DNA of 63,435 nucleotides, filler included, from Choristocarpus tenellus KU-1152 (GCA_964200185.2; 13 parts of 13 records of this genome joined end to end with filler, not necessarily neighbours in it), one strand, 5' to 3'; positions 51,020 to 63,435 are shown, numbered from the whole stretch's first letter. Notes: a model not told the origin generated them from the letters alone. Made by a program: numbers and translations.

Positions 51020-51092
51020 TTCGCCTGGCGGGATTTGAACCCGCAACCCTGAGCTCATAAGACTCATAATCTGCCGATTGATATACAGGCGA
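51020..51092 (-). tRNA. tRNA-Ile (anticodon UAU), atypical D-arm
   Basis: Minus strand TCGCCTG TA TATC AATCGGCA GATT A TGAGT CTTATGA GCTCA GGGTT GCGGG TTCAAAT CCCGC CAGGCGA A. Perfect 7-bp acceptor stem, 5-bp anticodon and T stems, B-box GTTCAAATC. Confidence 0.8.
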
Positions 51093-52307
51093 TTTACAAC
51101 CACAGCTGATTTGAAAGGAAATATTTTGGTATATATACCTGAACAAACCGACACTATGGATGTATTGTTTCTCAATCGTAAATAATATATGATATTTTAT
51201 CGTAATGAGTTTAGGTAAAGGCTAAAGGGATGTGGGGTTTGACTGTTTTGAGTTTTAGGGGGGTTTCGACTTTCTTACACAAAGATGGCATTAAAAAATG
51301 GCTTTGATTAGCACAAGTTGTTTTGTTACAGGCGAATAGCCCAAGTATTTCTTCTCGCGCTCTAACCAGTGCCAGCAGTAAATGCGCGCGTAGAACCCCA
51401 AATTAGGGAACTCCGATTTGCTAAAAGTTGCAGAGTAAGATATGTTACTTAAGAATAAAAAGGTTTTCAGATGTATTCCGACGTCTGTAAACAAAAAATG
51501 ACGGTCAGTGACTTCTACCAGCCCTTGTGCATTGAATGATAGTATATCTTCATCTGCTGACCTGGTATTCACTATCCTCGTTGGAGTCCTGTACAGGCAT
51601 CAGCGCCATCTAGAGCCCTGTGGGTTGGACCTATACATCCAGTGGAGGTAAGCTCTGGGGTGTGCTGTAACAGTTTCGCCAAAGTGGGTGTGCCCACAAA
51701 ACAGTCTAATGCACTCCAGAGCCTTTGGAATGAGTGCTCCGAAAAACTGTACCATCAGAAAGTCAGAGGGACTCTTAAATCTCGGGGGCACTCCCTTCTT
51801 AATTACTTTGGGACAGTAGTATGCTACTCGATGTACGACTCTCCTTCCACTGACTTGTAAAAAAAAATAATATATTTCTATTTCATTCTTATGTTGAACA
51901 AAACAGAATGAGGTTTTTTGTTACATTTTTTTCACCACTAATGTATTATCCTAATCTAATTTTTGTCAGATGTGTTACTGATTTATTTTTTTGCTGCTCA
52001 CTATCTGCATAGGTTTTCTGACCGTGGGTCCTACGTAGCATGTTGTGTTTCTCAGCAACGACACCTACTTGCCATTTATTCAGCAATATTGCATCGCGCA
52101 TTGCTTTAGTTAATGATGATCGAATCAACTGGTAAGTGCTTGTGCAGTGTCGTGTTATCCTATAAATAGCAATGCATTACGATGATAATGATAATTGATA
52201 CCTTTTTTGTTATAGTAGTGGTACTTGAGTAATACTAACTGCTGAAATGTATACACGTTTTGCTGCTTTGCATTACACTGTCCTATATCCGCTGTGTAAT
52301 ACACCCT

Positions 52308-52330
52308 GGGTCAAAGTATCTTGGGGGGGG
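52308..52330. mobile_element. MITE family terminus at contig end
   Basis: GGGTCAAAGTATCTTGGGGGGGG. Confidence 0.7.
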
Positions 52331-53363
52331 NNNNNNNNNNNNNNNNNNNNNNNNNNNNNNNNNNNNNNNNNNNNTTAATTAATTAANNNNNNNNNNNNNN
52401 NNNNNNNNNNNNNNNNNNNNNNNNNNNNNNCCCCCCGGACTATTTGCTTGACATGATACCTGAGACAGAAAGCATTCATTTATTTTGAGGCAGATGTTGC
52501 CATCTCCTTAGTGCATAGCATGCATTGCCCTAAATATGTTCGACATACACACACACTGGCAGGGTTCCTGTCCATGATGTCAACTCAGTGCTCTAGTACC
52601 AGTGTGTGATGCAATGGGCAGAGCACAGAGGTGATAATTTAATTCTTGTCACACCTCCTAGGAGAACCCTACCCTGTTATGCATGAGCAAATGCCACTAA
52701 CTCTCTACCACTGCTGCCTAATACATGCCACAAATGGATGCTCATCTTTGGAAGAGGTTGCCTTGGAGGACAGGAGGAAGGGGACCTGTACTGAGCACGC
52801 GGGAAAGCACTGAAATCCCCCAAAAAACAAAAATCCAAATGACAATACCACCCAGAAGAACGTTAATTGGACTGCCTGGCCACAAGAAATATCTGATAAG
52901 CATACACATTTCAAGCAAAATAGTGCCGACTCCAGCCAAGTTAAACAGGCTCTCAAGAGGCATGCCATTATATGGTGTCAGGTGTAACAAACAATGTAAC
53001 CCTGAGTGAAGGACGAAATGTCTGAATTTCTGCAAGAGCAACAGCATATAGTCACAGTCAACCTAAGGGCAAGGCCACAGTCAACAAACAACCAGTAGCG
53101 ACATGGCCAGGTAGACCGGAAGCCTAACCACCCCTTGCTGTGAAACGCAGAGCAAGAAGGTCACGAGGACAACGTCTGGGGGGCACACAAGACACTCCAC
53201 ATTAGCCACATAACATAAACACACAACAAAAAACACACATAATACTTCCCTAAACAAGTTTGTGCAGTCACCAGTATCTAGCACTGTAACCACCACCTTC
53301 AGCACCCAAAGAACTAATGTCAGTCTACTGTGCCGTGGGGCAGTTTGGTTCACAAAAATTTCA

Positions 53364-55784
53364 TCAATCCCTATCGATGACTCCCTTGCTGTTCTCCATG
53401 GCGTACACAAGCTTTTCTCGAAGCACATCATACTGGGAATACGGGGGAAGATGAAGCTGTTGTCCGCCCACGCAACATCCACGCCAAAGACCCAGACAGG
53501 GGCAAGGCAATTGCAAAAAAACAGCAGGAGTCGCATCAGCAGAGATCAAAATCAAACTCAACTAGCGGAAAGCCAGCGCAAGAGGAAAAATGTAGGGGGA
53601 GACAGATCAATATCGTGCCCATCTCACACACGCCTCGCAATGCATGACACAGTGATCACAGTGTTGAGGGTAACACTGCTACTAGAGCAGCCTTTGGGCG
53701 GCATTGTGGGCCAACTAGTAATTAGGCTGGAAAAATTGCAGATATAGTCGACATCATCCTGTGTTTTGGAAATATGGGCATGATTATATACCATGCCATC
53801 CAGTCTCTCTCCCCCCCCCCTGCCTCCCACTCCTCACCGTATGTGTGCATGTCCTAGCAAAGGGAAGCTCCCTATCAACTTCATCCTCCAGCGCAAAGGC
53901 TCCAGCACCCCGCTTGCGACTCACCTGCATCAATGCAGTGTATAAAGTAGCACATGTAGATCAACATGGTAAGGCGTTCTTGCAGTCTCCTACAAACAGA
54001 AAATCCCGCAAACTTCCAAACCAGATCTAACAACACATGTAGATCAAGTCAAACCTTTTGCAACAATCGAAATTCCAATGACACAATCAAATAGAGACCC
54101 GTGTCCCACCCCCATATCAAAATCTTCCCATACACCAGGAAGAAATGAAACACACTGTGCACTTGATATTGTCTGCTACCCTGTAGACTGTTTGTTTCCC
54201 AACACTTTTGCCCTGGCACTACCTACCTACCTACCTACCATCCAGCAAGCATGGCAGCTGAACTCACCTCCAGCGGGGGAGAAAGGGCACGTAGGCCACC
54301 AGGGGGGAGATGGGGGCAGCCCAGCACAAAGAGCAAAAATTTTCGTTTGGTATCCACAGTCATCTCGCTCAGACAGTGAAGGAACATGCAGAATGGCTGT
54401 GTTTTGGGATATTTTTTTGGGGGGTGGGGGGGATAAGGTATCAGGAAAGTTAAACCGAAATACCTGGACGATAAACCTTCTGCTTGGGAATCGACTGTAC
54501 GAGTGTCTTAGACCACCTAGTGCCCAATGGGTACAGTTCTAGAACAGTAGGAATACCCAATTTTTATGCCATTCCAAACACAGGGAGAAGTGCTCCAACC
54601 CTGTTCAATAATCTCATGCCAAGGTTAGCCACTTGAGATTACCCCAACGTGTATCTCTCATATACCGTCATCATCTCTTTAACACACTGAATGACCGAGA
54701 ACACAAAAGGACACTGCTGTTGAGGACACCCTCTAGAGTCTCTCAACCAAAACACGTTGCATAATCTAGTAGCTCCAGAACACGCTTCAAAGCAGGTGCA
54801 CCCACAATAAACCCTACTACAGAGCAAACACAACAGCAAGACTCACAAAAATACAACTAGTCGATTGAACCACCTTAGGGCCAAAAGGTTACCCAAACTA
54901 GCGAGGGGTCACCATACCCACTAGGTCATTTCAAGCACAACACGAGCATAAACCCAGACATTGCAACAAAAGTAAGTCCAAATAACACATATGATGCATG
55001 CTTCTTCATCTCTTGAATCAAGACTTACACAAGAGAGGGAGGGGGTCAGCGCAACCTACTCTTCTCATACGGCGAACAATAACCCTCTGGACAAAACAGC
55101 ATGACACACAAGCAGGTTGTGTTTCAAAACACTCAAAATCTCGTTGTTATATTTGACTTTGAATCACAAAACGCAACACCATGAAAGAAGCGTCGGAGCC
55201 ATAGCAATTCGACACGGGAAAAAAAAATTACATACCAGAACACTTGGAACAATTGATAGTTGCGATCGGGCGGCGAAGGCGCTACTCTTCATCACCACCC
55301 GATACTTTACAGACAACTTCGTAAAAAAAAAAGTAAGCGGAAGCCTGCGCAAGGGGATTTCAAGAACATGAAGGGTTTATGTTTCCTTTCGCACCGATTT
55401 GTAAAAAAAACAAAACAAATATGGGGCACTAAACTCTACTAATAGCACCACCGGGTATGCCAATGTGAGCGCAAAAAAAAAAAAACGTTACAAAGAGAAA
55501 CCTGTTTTTACAGAGGTTACAAGAAAACAACAATAGTCTGCAAGTAGAATGTGTACAGAATTGTAGTTCCTTCTTTTGCCTTGAATCCCGTACCCCTCGA
55601 TCTTAGGATCGTTCCCAGAACAGTCCCTACTCCGTTCATCAAAGTAACAAACCTGACTGTTGTGGGTATACCCTGCCCCTGGAACCACAGTCTGTTCAAG
55701 GTGTTCCAGACTCCATTCCAGGGCCTCTTCTCCACAGAGCTGTTTCCTCAGTTCTATGGGCAAGAATGCACGGAGCATATGCAC
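53364..55784 (-). CDS. HECT-domain E3 ubiquitin ligase (TRIP12/UPL3-like), last four exons
   Basis: Phase-0 exons 55784-55653, 54396-54268, 53924-53838 and 53456-53364: LRAFLPIELRKQLCG...GYTHNSQ|PFCMFLHCLSEM...RKFLLFVLGCPHLPPGGLRALSPPLE|VSRK...LPFARTCTHT|LHLPPYSQYDVLREKLVYAM...*. The catalytic Cys lies in TCTHTLHLP. Confidence 0.92.
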
Positions 55785-55982
55785 CTGAAGAGGACATGCA
55801 TTTGGAGGGGGGGGGGGGGGGGGNNNNNNNNNNNNNNNNNNNNNNNNNNNNNNNNNNNNNNNNNNNNTTAATTAATTAANNNNNNNNNNNNNNNNNNNNN
55901 NNNNNNNNNNNNNNNNNNNNNNNCCTCTGTAACGATAAAAAAATTTTCTTTCTTTTTCCCCCCTTGGCCCCCCCCCCCCCCC

Positions 55983-56022
<40 letters not shown>

Positions 56023-56034
56023 CCCCCTACGCAG

Positions 56035-56190
56035 TCACTTTGCCATCACCAGCTTTTTGCGTGATGTGAACACTTACATAGAAGATGGAGACATCGTGTG
56101 GGCGGGGTGGTGGGGTCCTGATTTTGAGAACACTGTGAACGTATTAAACACAGGCTGTATTTGCAACGTAGATATCTGTGCTGATGGGAG
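56035..56190 (+). CDS. Putative isolated exon, unknown protein
   Basis: CAG/GT-bounded open segment HFAITSFLRDVNTYIEDGDIVWAGWWGPDFENTVNVLNTGCICNVDICADG; no family recognised. Confidence 0.4.
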
Positions 56191-56662
56191 GTGAAACAGT
56201 GAAACAGACGCCTCTCACGGGTTCACGCACTCTTCCTTGATAAGACTTTGCCCGGGTGTAGCCCTTATTTTTGAGGGTCGTTTTTGCCTTTGCCCCTGTC
56301 TCCCCCCCCCTCTCTTTCCCCTTGAAAAGAACTGTTTTGACCTTAATTGAGTCAGTTGCTTTCAGTGCGCGACATGATAGCGTTTGTAATATATGATAAT
56401 TCACACATTTTTTTGGCCAGTTAATACTAATGCTCGAGAGTTCGTAGTACTTTCTGTGCGTTTCTGCTATATATATATATCTTTTGTCGTTTCCGGCATC
56501 AATTTTTTGTTTTTTTTAACAAAAAAATAACACTTTCAGCCCGGATTTTTTTTTTTTTTTTTTATTTTTTTTTCTTTTTCCCCCCAAATGCAACTTTTCT
56601 TCAGCAAAAATCGTGCTACAGAATCCCGGAGTTGAGTTTTGACTGTTTCGATTTTTTTTTTG

Positions 56663-56665
<3 letters not shown>

Positions 56666-56701
<36 letters not shown>
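56666..56701. repeat. (GT)n microsatellite
   Basis: Direct reading. Confidence 0.9.
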
Positions 56702-56702
<1 letters not shown>

Positions 56703-58662
56703 ATGTGTGTCTAAGTGATCTGGTTTTATCCCTGGGTGATGTGCTATGTAACGATCTGGGTAGGAAGTAATACTCTCTCTTCTTCTTTTTTTTGCCTCTC
56801 GATACGGGAGCAGGCATCAGAAGGCCAAAAAAAATACAGTGTGGTGTGACGGGGGAAGTCCTCAAGGGCAGGGGTGGTGGTGGTTTATCTGTTTTTAAAA
56901 GACATTTGACAGGCTTCGACAAGGTTTAATTGGTATGGAAGGCGTTTACGTTAATGAATGAATGCATGGGGCACTGTAGCACCCAAGAAGGTGGGAGGCG
57001 TTTACGTGAGGTGTTTCGCTTGGGGCTTGATTGGTTGTATGTCGTAAAAACGCGCCAGTTTGATGCCCCCTTTTGAGGGTGATTTTTGTTTGGATTTGGT
57101 CCAGGCAGAGGGGCATTGAGAAGGAAGGTGCCACCAGTAAGAAAAGGGAATTCCCCTTGCATCTGATGCTTTTTACTATAATGGCATGAAAGTCACTACA
57201 GGGTCACGAAAGGCTCCCTCCCACAGGGGTGTGTGATGGGACACAGCAAAACACAGGACGAACACAGTTGGTACTGAGAAATCCTCTACTATCCCTAACG
57301 GTTGCAAGTATATATTTAGGGGCTCTGGCGGATAGGTTGTGTGTGAAGTCATGAAGGAATCTACAACTATAAGGTTACAAGCAAAGGAATCTACATTATA
57401 CTCGATGGTATATAAAATGTGCGGTTTTTCAAGACAAAACACACCTTTAGATTCGTATAAAAGTACATACAGATTATACCTTTCTGTTGTCTCTTCAGTC
57501 TATTTAATCGGTAAATATATATATATATATATATATAAATATACATGTGAATCGTGTGATTCCGTGGCGGCGTGGTTCACTCAGGTAAGGGTGGTGAAGA
57601 GAATCACCGGGCAAGACGGAACACACGAACAAAGACGAACTGTCGCGGAGGGTACGAGGTTAAGGTTGGACAAGTGCAAACATAGAAGTGATACATCAAA
57701 GATGGGACTTCATCACCAGTCAAGAAGGGAGAACAAAGTGGATCTTCCATATGTGACAACTCGAATGACAAGTGGTCCCAAGTCTATGGGATTAGTCACA
57801 TGAACTTCCATGGTTTCATTCTAAAGGAAAAATTCCGTCAGTGAAATCATACTCTTGACTGGGAACCTCAATCGGTACCACGGTATATGGCAGACGGCAA
57901 AACGGTATAATACCAGTCGAACATGCTTTCCACACACACATATATATATATATATAATGTCAGAGGGCATAATAATAATATATATATATATATATATTTG
58001 GGAACTCAACATATTATGTCCATAATAAACTTACGTAAAGACAACTAATATACTGGGCTTCCCCTTGCTTGCACCTCTTGTTTGAGAAAAAAATCGGTGT
58101 GTGGATCCAATATCATAATCATAGTAAGTATAAAAAACTTCCGATTAAGAAATGAATATATCATACAGAACATTTTTATGGGCCCTTTCCCCTTGCTTGT
58201 ACTGTTTGTTCCAGAAATAAATCGGTGTGTGAATTCAGATTCTTTGTCATGCCTGGTAAGTATGACGCCCTGCTTGGTGTTAATATGCTCTGTTACAGCT
58301 ACATTAATGAGTAGTCCTCCAGAAGTGAAATGATAGACATGTCCTATGTCGAGTTTTTCGCCCCAAAAAGTCATCATCGACTTAACAACTTCAAGTACTA
58401 CTATACAGTAACTACAACTCACCTCTCCAAGGTATTGGTTCTAGTGGCAATAACAAGAACAGCGGATGTTGACCGACGGTTGAGTGATTTTTTGTCAGCA
58501 GTGATAGGCTATTTTCGGTGTCATTTTTTCCTCCGAGAGAGAGGCTCAGACGATCGTTCCTGTGTTAGGCCTTTTGTTCTCTGTTAGGGGCTCAGCAACA
58601 GGATAAGCAGATGGACTTTGATTCAAACGAAAGGAGAGATAGGCACGCTGGGTTGCACTTTA

Positions 58663-58932
58663 GAGTCAAAGTATCTTAGAGGGTAGAGCCATGTCCATTT
58701 GGGCACCAAGACCTACAGTGCAATTTCGATGTAATTTTTTTTTTGACTATCATTTTTGTTCGGAGATGTCAATATCCTTGTTCCAGACACACCTTTTCAT
58801 AACGTACACATTTTCCCTACTCCGAAATGTTTTGAAGTAGGTAAAATGTCATTAAAAAAACGGTGGGAAGCCAGGCCCCAAATGGACAAAAAGGTAAAAA
58901 CTCGTACACCTCTTATTAAGATACTTTCACTC
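58663..58932. mobile_element. Complete ~270-bp MITE of a related subfamily, with TTA target-site duplication (PIF/Harbinger-Tourist-like)
   Basis: TIRs GAGTCAAAGTATCTTA / TAAGATACTTTCACTC (15/16 match), TTA at 58660-58662 and 58933-58935, and the subterminal TGTCCATTT / AAATGGACA shared with the 180-bp family. Confidence 0.75.
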
Positions 58933-59964
58933 TTATATGGATCACAGAAAGAACCTTCGTTGAATTGTGACGTCACCCTGTAACAGCCGATTTCAAAAAT
59001 TGAGGATGGAGCTTTTCATTGAGGATGGGCTTGACCCAAAATTGACTGGGATAAAGTGTTGATATATATATTTTTGTATTGTATTGTATTGTATTGTAAC
59101 CCTCGCGTAAAGCAATGAAATGGAGTGTATTGCACAGGGCGACAAATATGGGATAGATTGCGAAACGGTCTAAGCCTGCCTACCTCTGGAGTGGTTTCGC
59201 TTTTCGCTGCTATTTCCCTAAAATTTACCCTTTCCAGTCACTGGGCAACGAAGTGGACTTGAGGGTTGTCCGGAAGTCTGATTCCTAGGTAACATTACCA
59301 TTCTTCAACATTGAAGAAGAAAGTAGATGGCGGTGCTTGATTGTCAAAAACCGTCAGCGGAACTTAGCATTGTTGAATATGGAGATACCACCTTTAGACA
59401 TCGCCAACGCTTACGACATGTAGTGGATGCGACATGACTAGTGGAAGAAGAGGTGAAGAATGCATACTTCGGACAAATCAAATCCGATCTTTTTGGCGTA
59501 CGGATCGATTTCCGATAAATCGATGACTGTTCCTACCTGTCATGAGCGATCTGATTATTCGTCCATGTTGGGGCACATACATCCTCACAAATCAGTGAAA
59601 ATAATGTAAATGTTTTGCTCGTGGACCCCAAAATCAACTGTACCCGTTTTTTATTCTTAATCTTGAGAGTTGTGTTGTGTGGTGCAATCCTTTCCCAACA
59701 ACCTGATCAGATCTTGACAAACTAGATATCTTGATAAGTACAATCTGTCCTCACAACCACAAAATTGTTTGGGAGGGATCCAACTCAACTTATTTGCACC
59801 TCGAAATCATNNNNNNNNNNNNNNNNNNNNNNNNNNNNNNNNNNNNNNNNNNNNTTAATTAATTAANNNNNNNNNNNNNNNNNNNNNNNNNNNNNNNNNN
59901 NNNNNNNNNNATCCTCATAGTCCCGCGCCTTCCTCAATTTTGAGGATCCCCTGTTTTATGTAGT

Positions 59965-60875
59965 ACAGTATCATCCACAGCGCACGAATCGTCGATCTCC
60001 TTGACCAGACCGAGAATTTGTACAAAAAATCCCAGTTAGTTGAGAATTACCCCTCAATTCTTCGCTTCGATTAAAACCGCGATTCAAAAGAATCAATTAT
60101 AAATCTGGTAAAATAAAAAACAAAAATGTAACTGATATTAGCATATACATCAACTTTTCTTCTTTCACTTATTTAAGAGAAAGATAACAGCTTCAATCAT
60201 ATCGTATGTGTATACATGTTACACACTACAGCATCATCCACAGCGCACGAGATTAGGCGCACGAATAATAGCCAATCTCTGTGGTGAGCAGACTAAGAAT
60301 TTGCAACATAATATAGGCAAATTGAAAAAGATTGAAAAACAGGCTTCAAATGCAAATTGGTCAAAACGTGGGTACCTCTCATTTATATATTTACTAGTCG
60401 AGAATTACCCCTCAATTCTTCGTTTCAATTATACTCGTGATTCAAAAGAATGAAGTATTAACTGAAAAAATATGTAACAAAAATGTAATTGCTATAGTAT
60501 TAAGTATATACATCAACTTTTCTTCTCTCTTCTTTAAATAACAAGATAACTTGAATCATGATCAGATGTTTGTTACACAGCATCATCCACAACGCACGAA
60601 ACTAGGCGCGCAAATCGCCGATCTACGTGAGCATTGTGAGAATTTGCAAGGAAATTACTATTAGTCCAGAAGTACCCCTCAATTCTTCGTTTCGATTGAA
60701 ACTAGTTCCGTTCAAAAGAATCAAGTTTGAAACTGGAAAAATATAAAACGAAAAAGTAAATTACTAGTAGCTAGTAGCTACATATACAAACTTTTCTGTT
60801 TCTCTTCTTTAATTATCCAGATAGAATCAATCATATCATATATATGCGTATGAATGTTACACATTACAGCGTCTT
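59965..60875. repeat. Three diverged tandem copies of a ~270-350-bp unit
   Basis: Each copy has ATCATCCACA(G/A)CGCACGA, AGAATTTG, TACCCCTCAATTCTTCG, TTCAAAAGAAT, AACTTTTCT and TGTTACAC in the same order; starts near 59966, 60229 and 60578. Confidence 0.85.
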
Positions 60876-61972
60876 CCATTTGTTCGACGTATGTCCTAAG
60901 CTAGAAAACATAAAACAATCCTTTGTCACATTGAAAAAAAAATGAAATTATATATAGGAACTCCATTGAGAAAAAAAGAAAAAACGTGGTAGCAAAAAAT
61001 GTGTAAAACCATTACTCAAGACCCTCCAGAGTACTAGTATTAAAAATTGTAAGTACTGGAAATAGTTCTTCTCATGGTCTGTGTACATACACCAAATTCA
61101 AGTAGTAAGTACCCTCCACACAGAACCCAAGTATCTCAGTTGCTAAGACTTAGTGTTAAGGATAATGTTAATGCGTCACAACAGAAGAAAGAATTCTTGA
61201 AACACCATCTTGCCTTGGATGTGCCCAGGGCACAACCAATCAACCGCCTCAAGCACAGCACAAATGCAGGAATAATGGAAAGGACACAAAATGTATTGAG
61301 GTTGACAGCACCCAAAACTTGTCCATATAAATACTTTGCATATTGCCCCTGTCTGCCTGATGTACCATCATAGCCATCACGATTAAGACGTATGCCTTTC
61401 CTCCCTCAACCCAATGTAAAGAATATCATTCTTGGGCAGCAGTTCGAGTATTCCATGATCTCGAACCTTCCCACCACACCAGTTTGCTAAAGATATTTCA
61501 CAACACCTGCTCAATACTGTAGATCCCTAATAATTATATGAAACACTTCTGAGAATAATGAGTAATGCTTGGTACAAGATACAATGGCCCTAACCCTATT
61601 ACCTAACACTATTATCAGTATATAAACACAATATGCATATCGTACACTACCACACATCAGCAGAGCCAGTGTGAGTGACTGCCTTTGATCCTCCCACAAA
61701 GAGAAGAAAAAAAAATGAAACAAAAAGTGGGGCAGTGTTTTGCTTGCCACATGGCAGGCATTCTCCTCCATCCCGTCAAACGCGCGTCCAAACCCACGCA
61801 AACATCAACGCCTCCCTCGTACAAAACTTACGATACAATAATATTATGATCGAGCTAGCTACAGCCTCTCCCATCACTGCGTTGACAAAGAAGTCATGTA
61901 GAGGATGTGTACAAAAACCTACAATCATGCCACTGGAATAACTGCATGAAACATATCAAGCCCATGGAACAT

Positions 61973-62008
<36 letters not shown>

Positions 62009-62177
62009 CCTCTTTCACCCTTCCAACCTAGCCCATTTTCTCAATGGACTGCAAACTGTGCATTACTATTCTTATGCCTTACGCTTCGATCGTGGGGTCA
62101 GCTCAAACAACATAAATATGATCGCCTCATCCTATGGAGAGGCCTACGGACAAACCTTCAACATAGTACCAACCTAC

Positions 62178-62821
62178 CTCCCTGTTCGAGCAAGAGGCGG
62201 AAGCTGCTCCATATCGTTTGAACCATCTCTTCCTCGATGCCCCACCCTACTCCCCCCACCTGCCCCACCCTTTCTTACACGATTGACCTGAGGGTGCTGT
62301 TGGGCGTCATGAGCTGGTGCTTGGAGTCCAGAAAACCTGATAGGAGAGTCTGTAGCACTAGGCCCTTCAGGAACCATGTTCCGTCTGCGAGCAGAATGGT
62401 GTTGCCTCTTAGTTCTGGTAGAGGTTGCAGAAGGATAGCTGCTTCGACTTATTCCCTCTGCCTTCCTCATCCCCTCTACCTTCCTTACTCCCTCTGCCTT
62501 CCTCATTCCCTCTGCCTTCCTCATCCCCTCTGTCTTCCTTACTCCCTCTGCCTTCCTTATTCCCTCTGCCTTCCTTACTCCCTCTACCTTCCTTGTTCCA
62601 TCTGCCTTCCTTGATCCCTCCACCTTTTGAGTCTCACGACCAATATTCCCACGACCACTGTTCTCACGGCCGCGATGACTGCGATGGCCATTCCCCTTCC
62701 TGCTGTAACTGTCGTAACTGTCATACCCTGACGATATTACCTCAACAGGTTCTACATCTCCATAATCCACAACCTCTCCAGTTCGACACTTTCTCCCTCG
62801 CCCATGCCTAGAGTTACCTGT
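62178..62821 (-). CDS. Large exon of a basic low-complexity protein containing a coding 18-bp minisatellite; partial
   Basis: Open frame bounded by CAG and GTAGG; about 10 tandem RK[AVT][ED]G[VIMT] hexapeptides at ~62448-62628. A possible next exon starts at ~61507 (CCEISLANWCGGKVRDHG...). Confidence 0.55.
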
Positions 62822-63375
62822 CTGTGAGCACTGGAGGGTGCAGAGACAGAAGAAGCAAAAGAGGCACATGAGCACACAACCTGAGTTTCAACAGCAAGCC
62901 TTGAAGGAAAAGAGGTGCAGGAAGCAGAGCCCCAACCAAAGAGAGGGTACATTAAGAAATAAACATCCACACCAATGTGTACACTGCGACAGCCTCAATC
63001 AGTTCCTGTGCCTTGAGGGTAATTCTCTCCGTGTGACAACCACAATGATACCACAACATACAGTATTCAATGTAACCAGTGCAAATACCTCTGTGATAGC
63101 AAGACAACTTGTGGAGCAAGGGGTGTTCTGAACGTCACAAACATGCCATACCCATGATAACTATCATCACCCTTCCACACCCGACTCAAATATCACCACT
63201 CTGCAGCAACGCCGCAGCACCCATTTGGGGGAGAGACCTTGCCAGTGCAATCACTTGCAAGCAACAACCATTTCACACCACCACCACCACCACACACACA
63301 CAATACCTCTCAGAGCCTCCTACAAATAAATGTAATCACAACTCAAGACATCTTTCCATAAGCCCCCCCCCCCCG

Positions 63376-63427
<52 letters not shown>

Positions 63428-63435
63428 ACACACCC

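Noticed and set aside
51597-51647. Micro-exon ASAPSRALWVGPIHPVE resembling the start of an RRM
   Set aside because: No in-phase continuation with an RNP1 motif was found on the contig.
2865-59910. Recurrent palindromic TTAATTAATTAA flanked by N runs, superficially like a repeat-spacer array or recombination site
   Set aside because: Identical 100-bp artificial spacer with six-frame stops, used to concatenate contigs; not biological.
1-63435. Apparent clustering of ubiquitin ligases (UBR, HECT), RNA-binding proteins (PUF60, PPR) and flagellar or centriole genes as a system
   Set aside because: These genes lie on different contigs joined artificially. Only the amidase and the polo-box exon share a contig, as a simple convergent pair.

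Overview
This is eukaryotic, intron-rich nuclear DNA, and it is not one locus. It is 13 unrelated short contigs joined by an artificial 100-bp spacer (N44-TTAATTAATTAA-N44), so neighbouring genes across a spacer have no real synteny. The gene content (axonemal dynein, PPR protein, bacterial-type proline iminopeptidase), 0.1-2 kb GT-AG introns and scattered TTAGGG repeats suggest a flagellated stramenopile such as an ochrophyte or brown-algal relative; this is inference only. By manually splicing GT-AG exons in phase I can support nine partial genes: a UBR1/PRT6-like N-recognin, an FAAH-like amidase, a PLK4-like polo-box terminal exon, PUF60, a proline iminopeptidase, a TTC39/IML2-like TPR protein, an RGG-rich PPR protein, an inner-arm dynein heavy chain C-terminus and a HECT E3 C-terminus. 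There are also several unidentified exons, one atypical tRNA-Ile(UAU), a decayed hAT transposase, a MITE family (10 traces) whose G/C-tract ends coincide with many assembly breaks, and several minisatellites. I found no convincing novel multi-gene system. The best leads are the MITE family, an SH3-like module inside the split UBR RING, the odd tRNA, frequent AAG 3' splice sites with telomeric repeats positioned like branch points, and mosaic CpG depletion. All family assignments come from motif recognition by eye; no database search was run.
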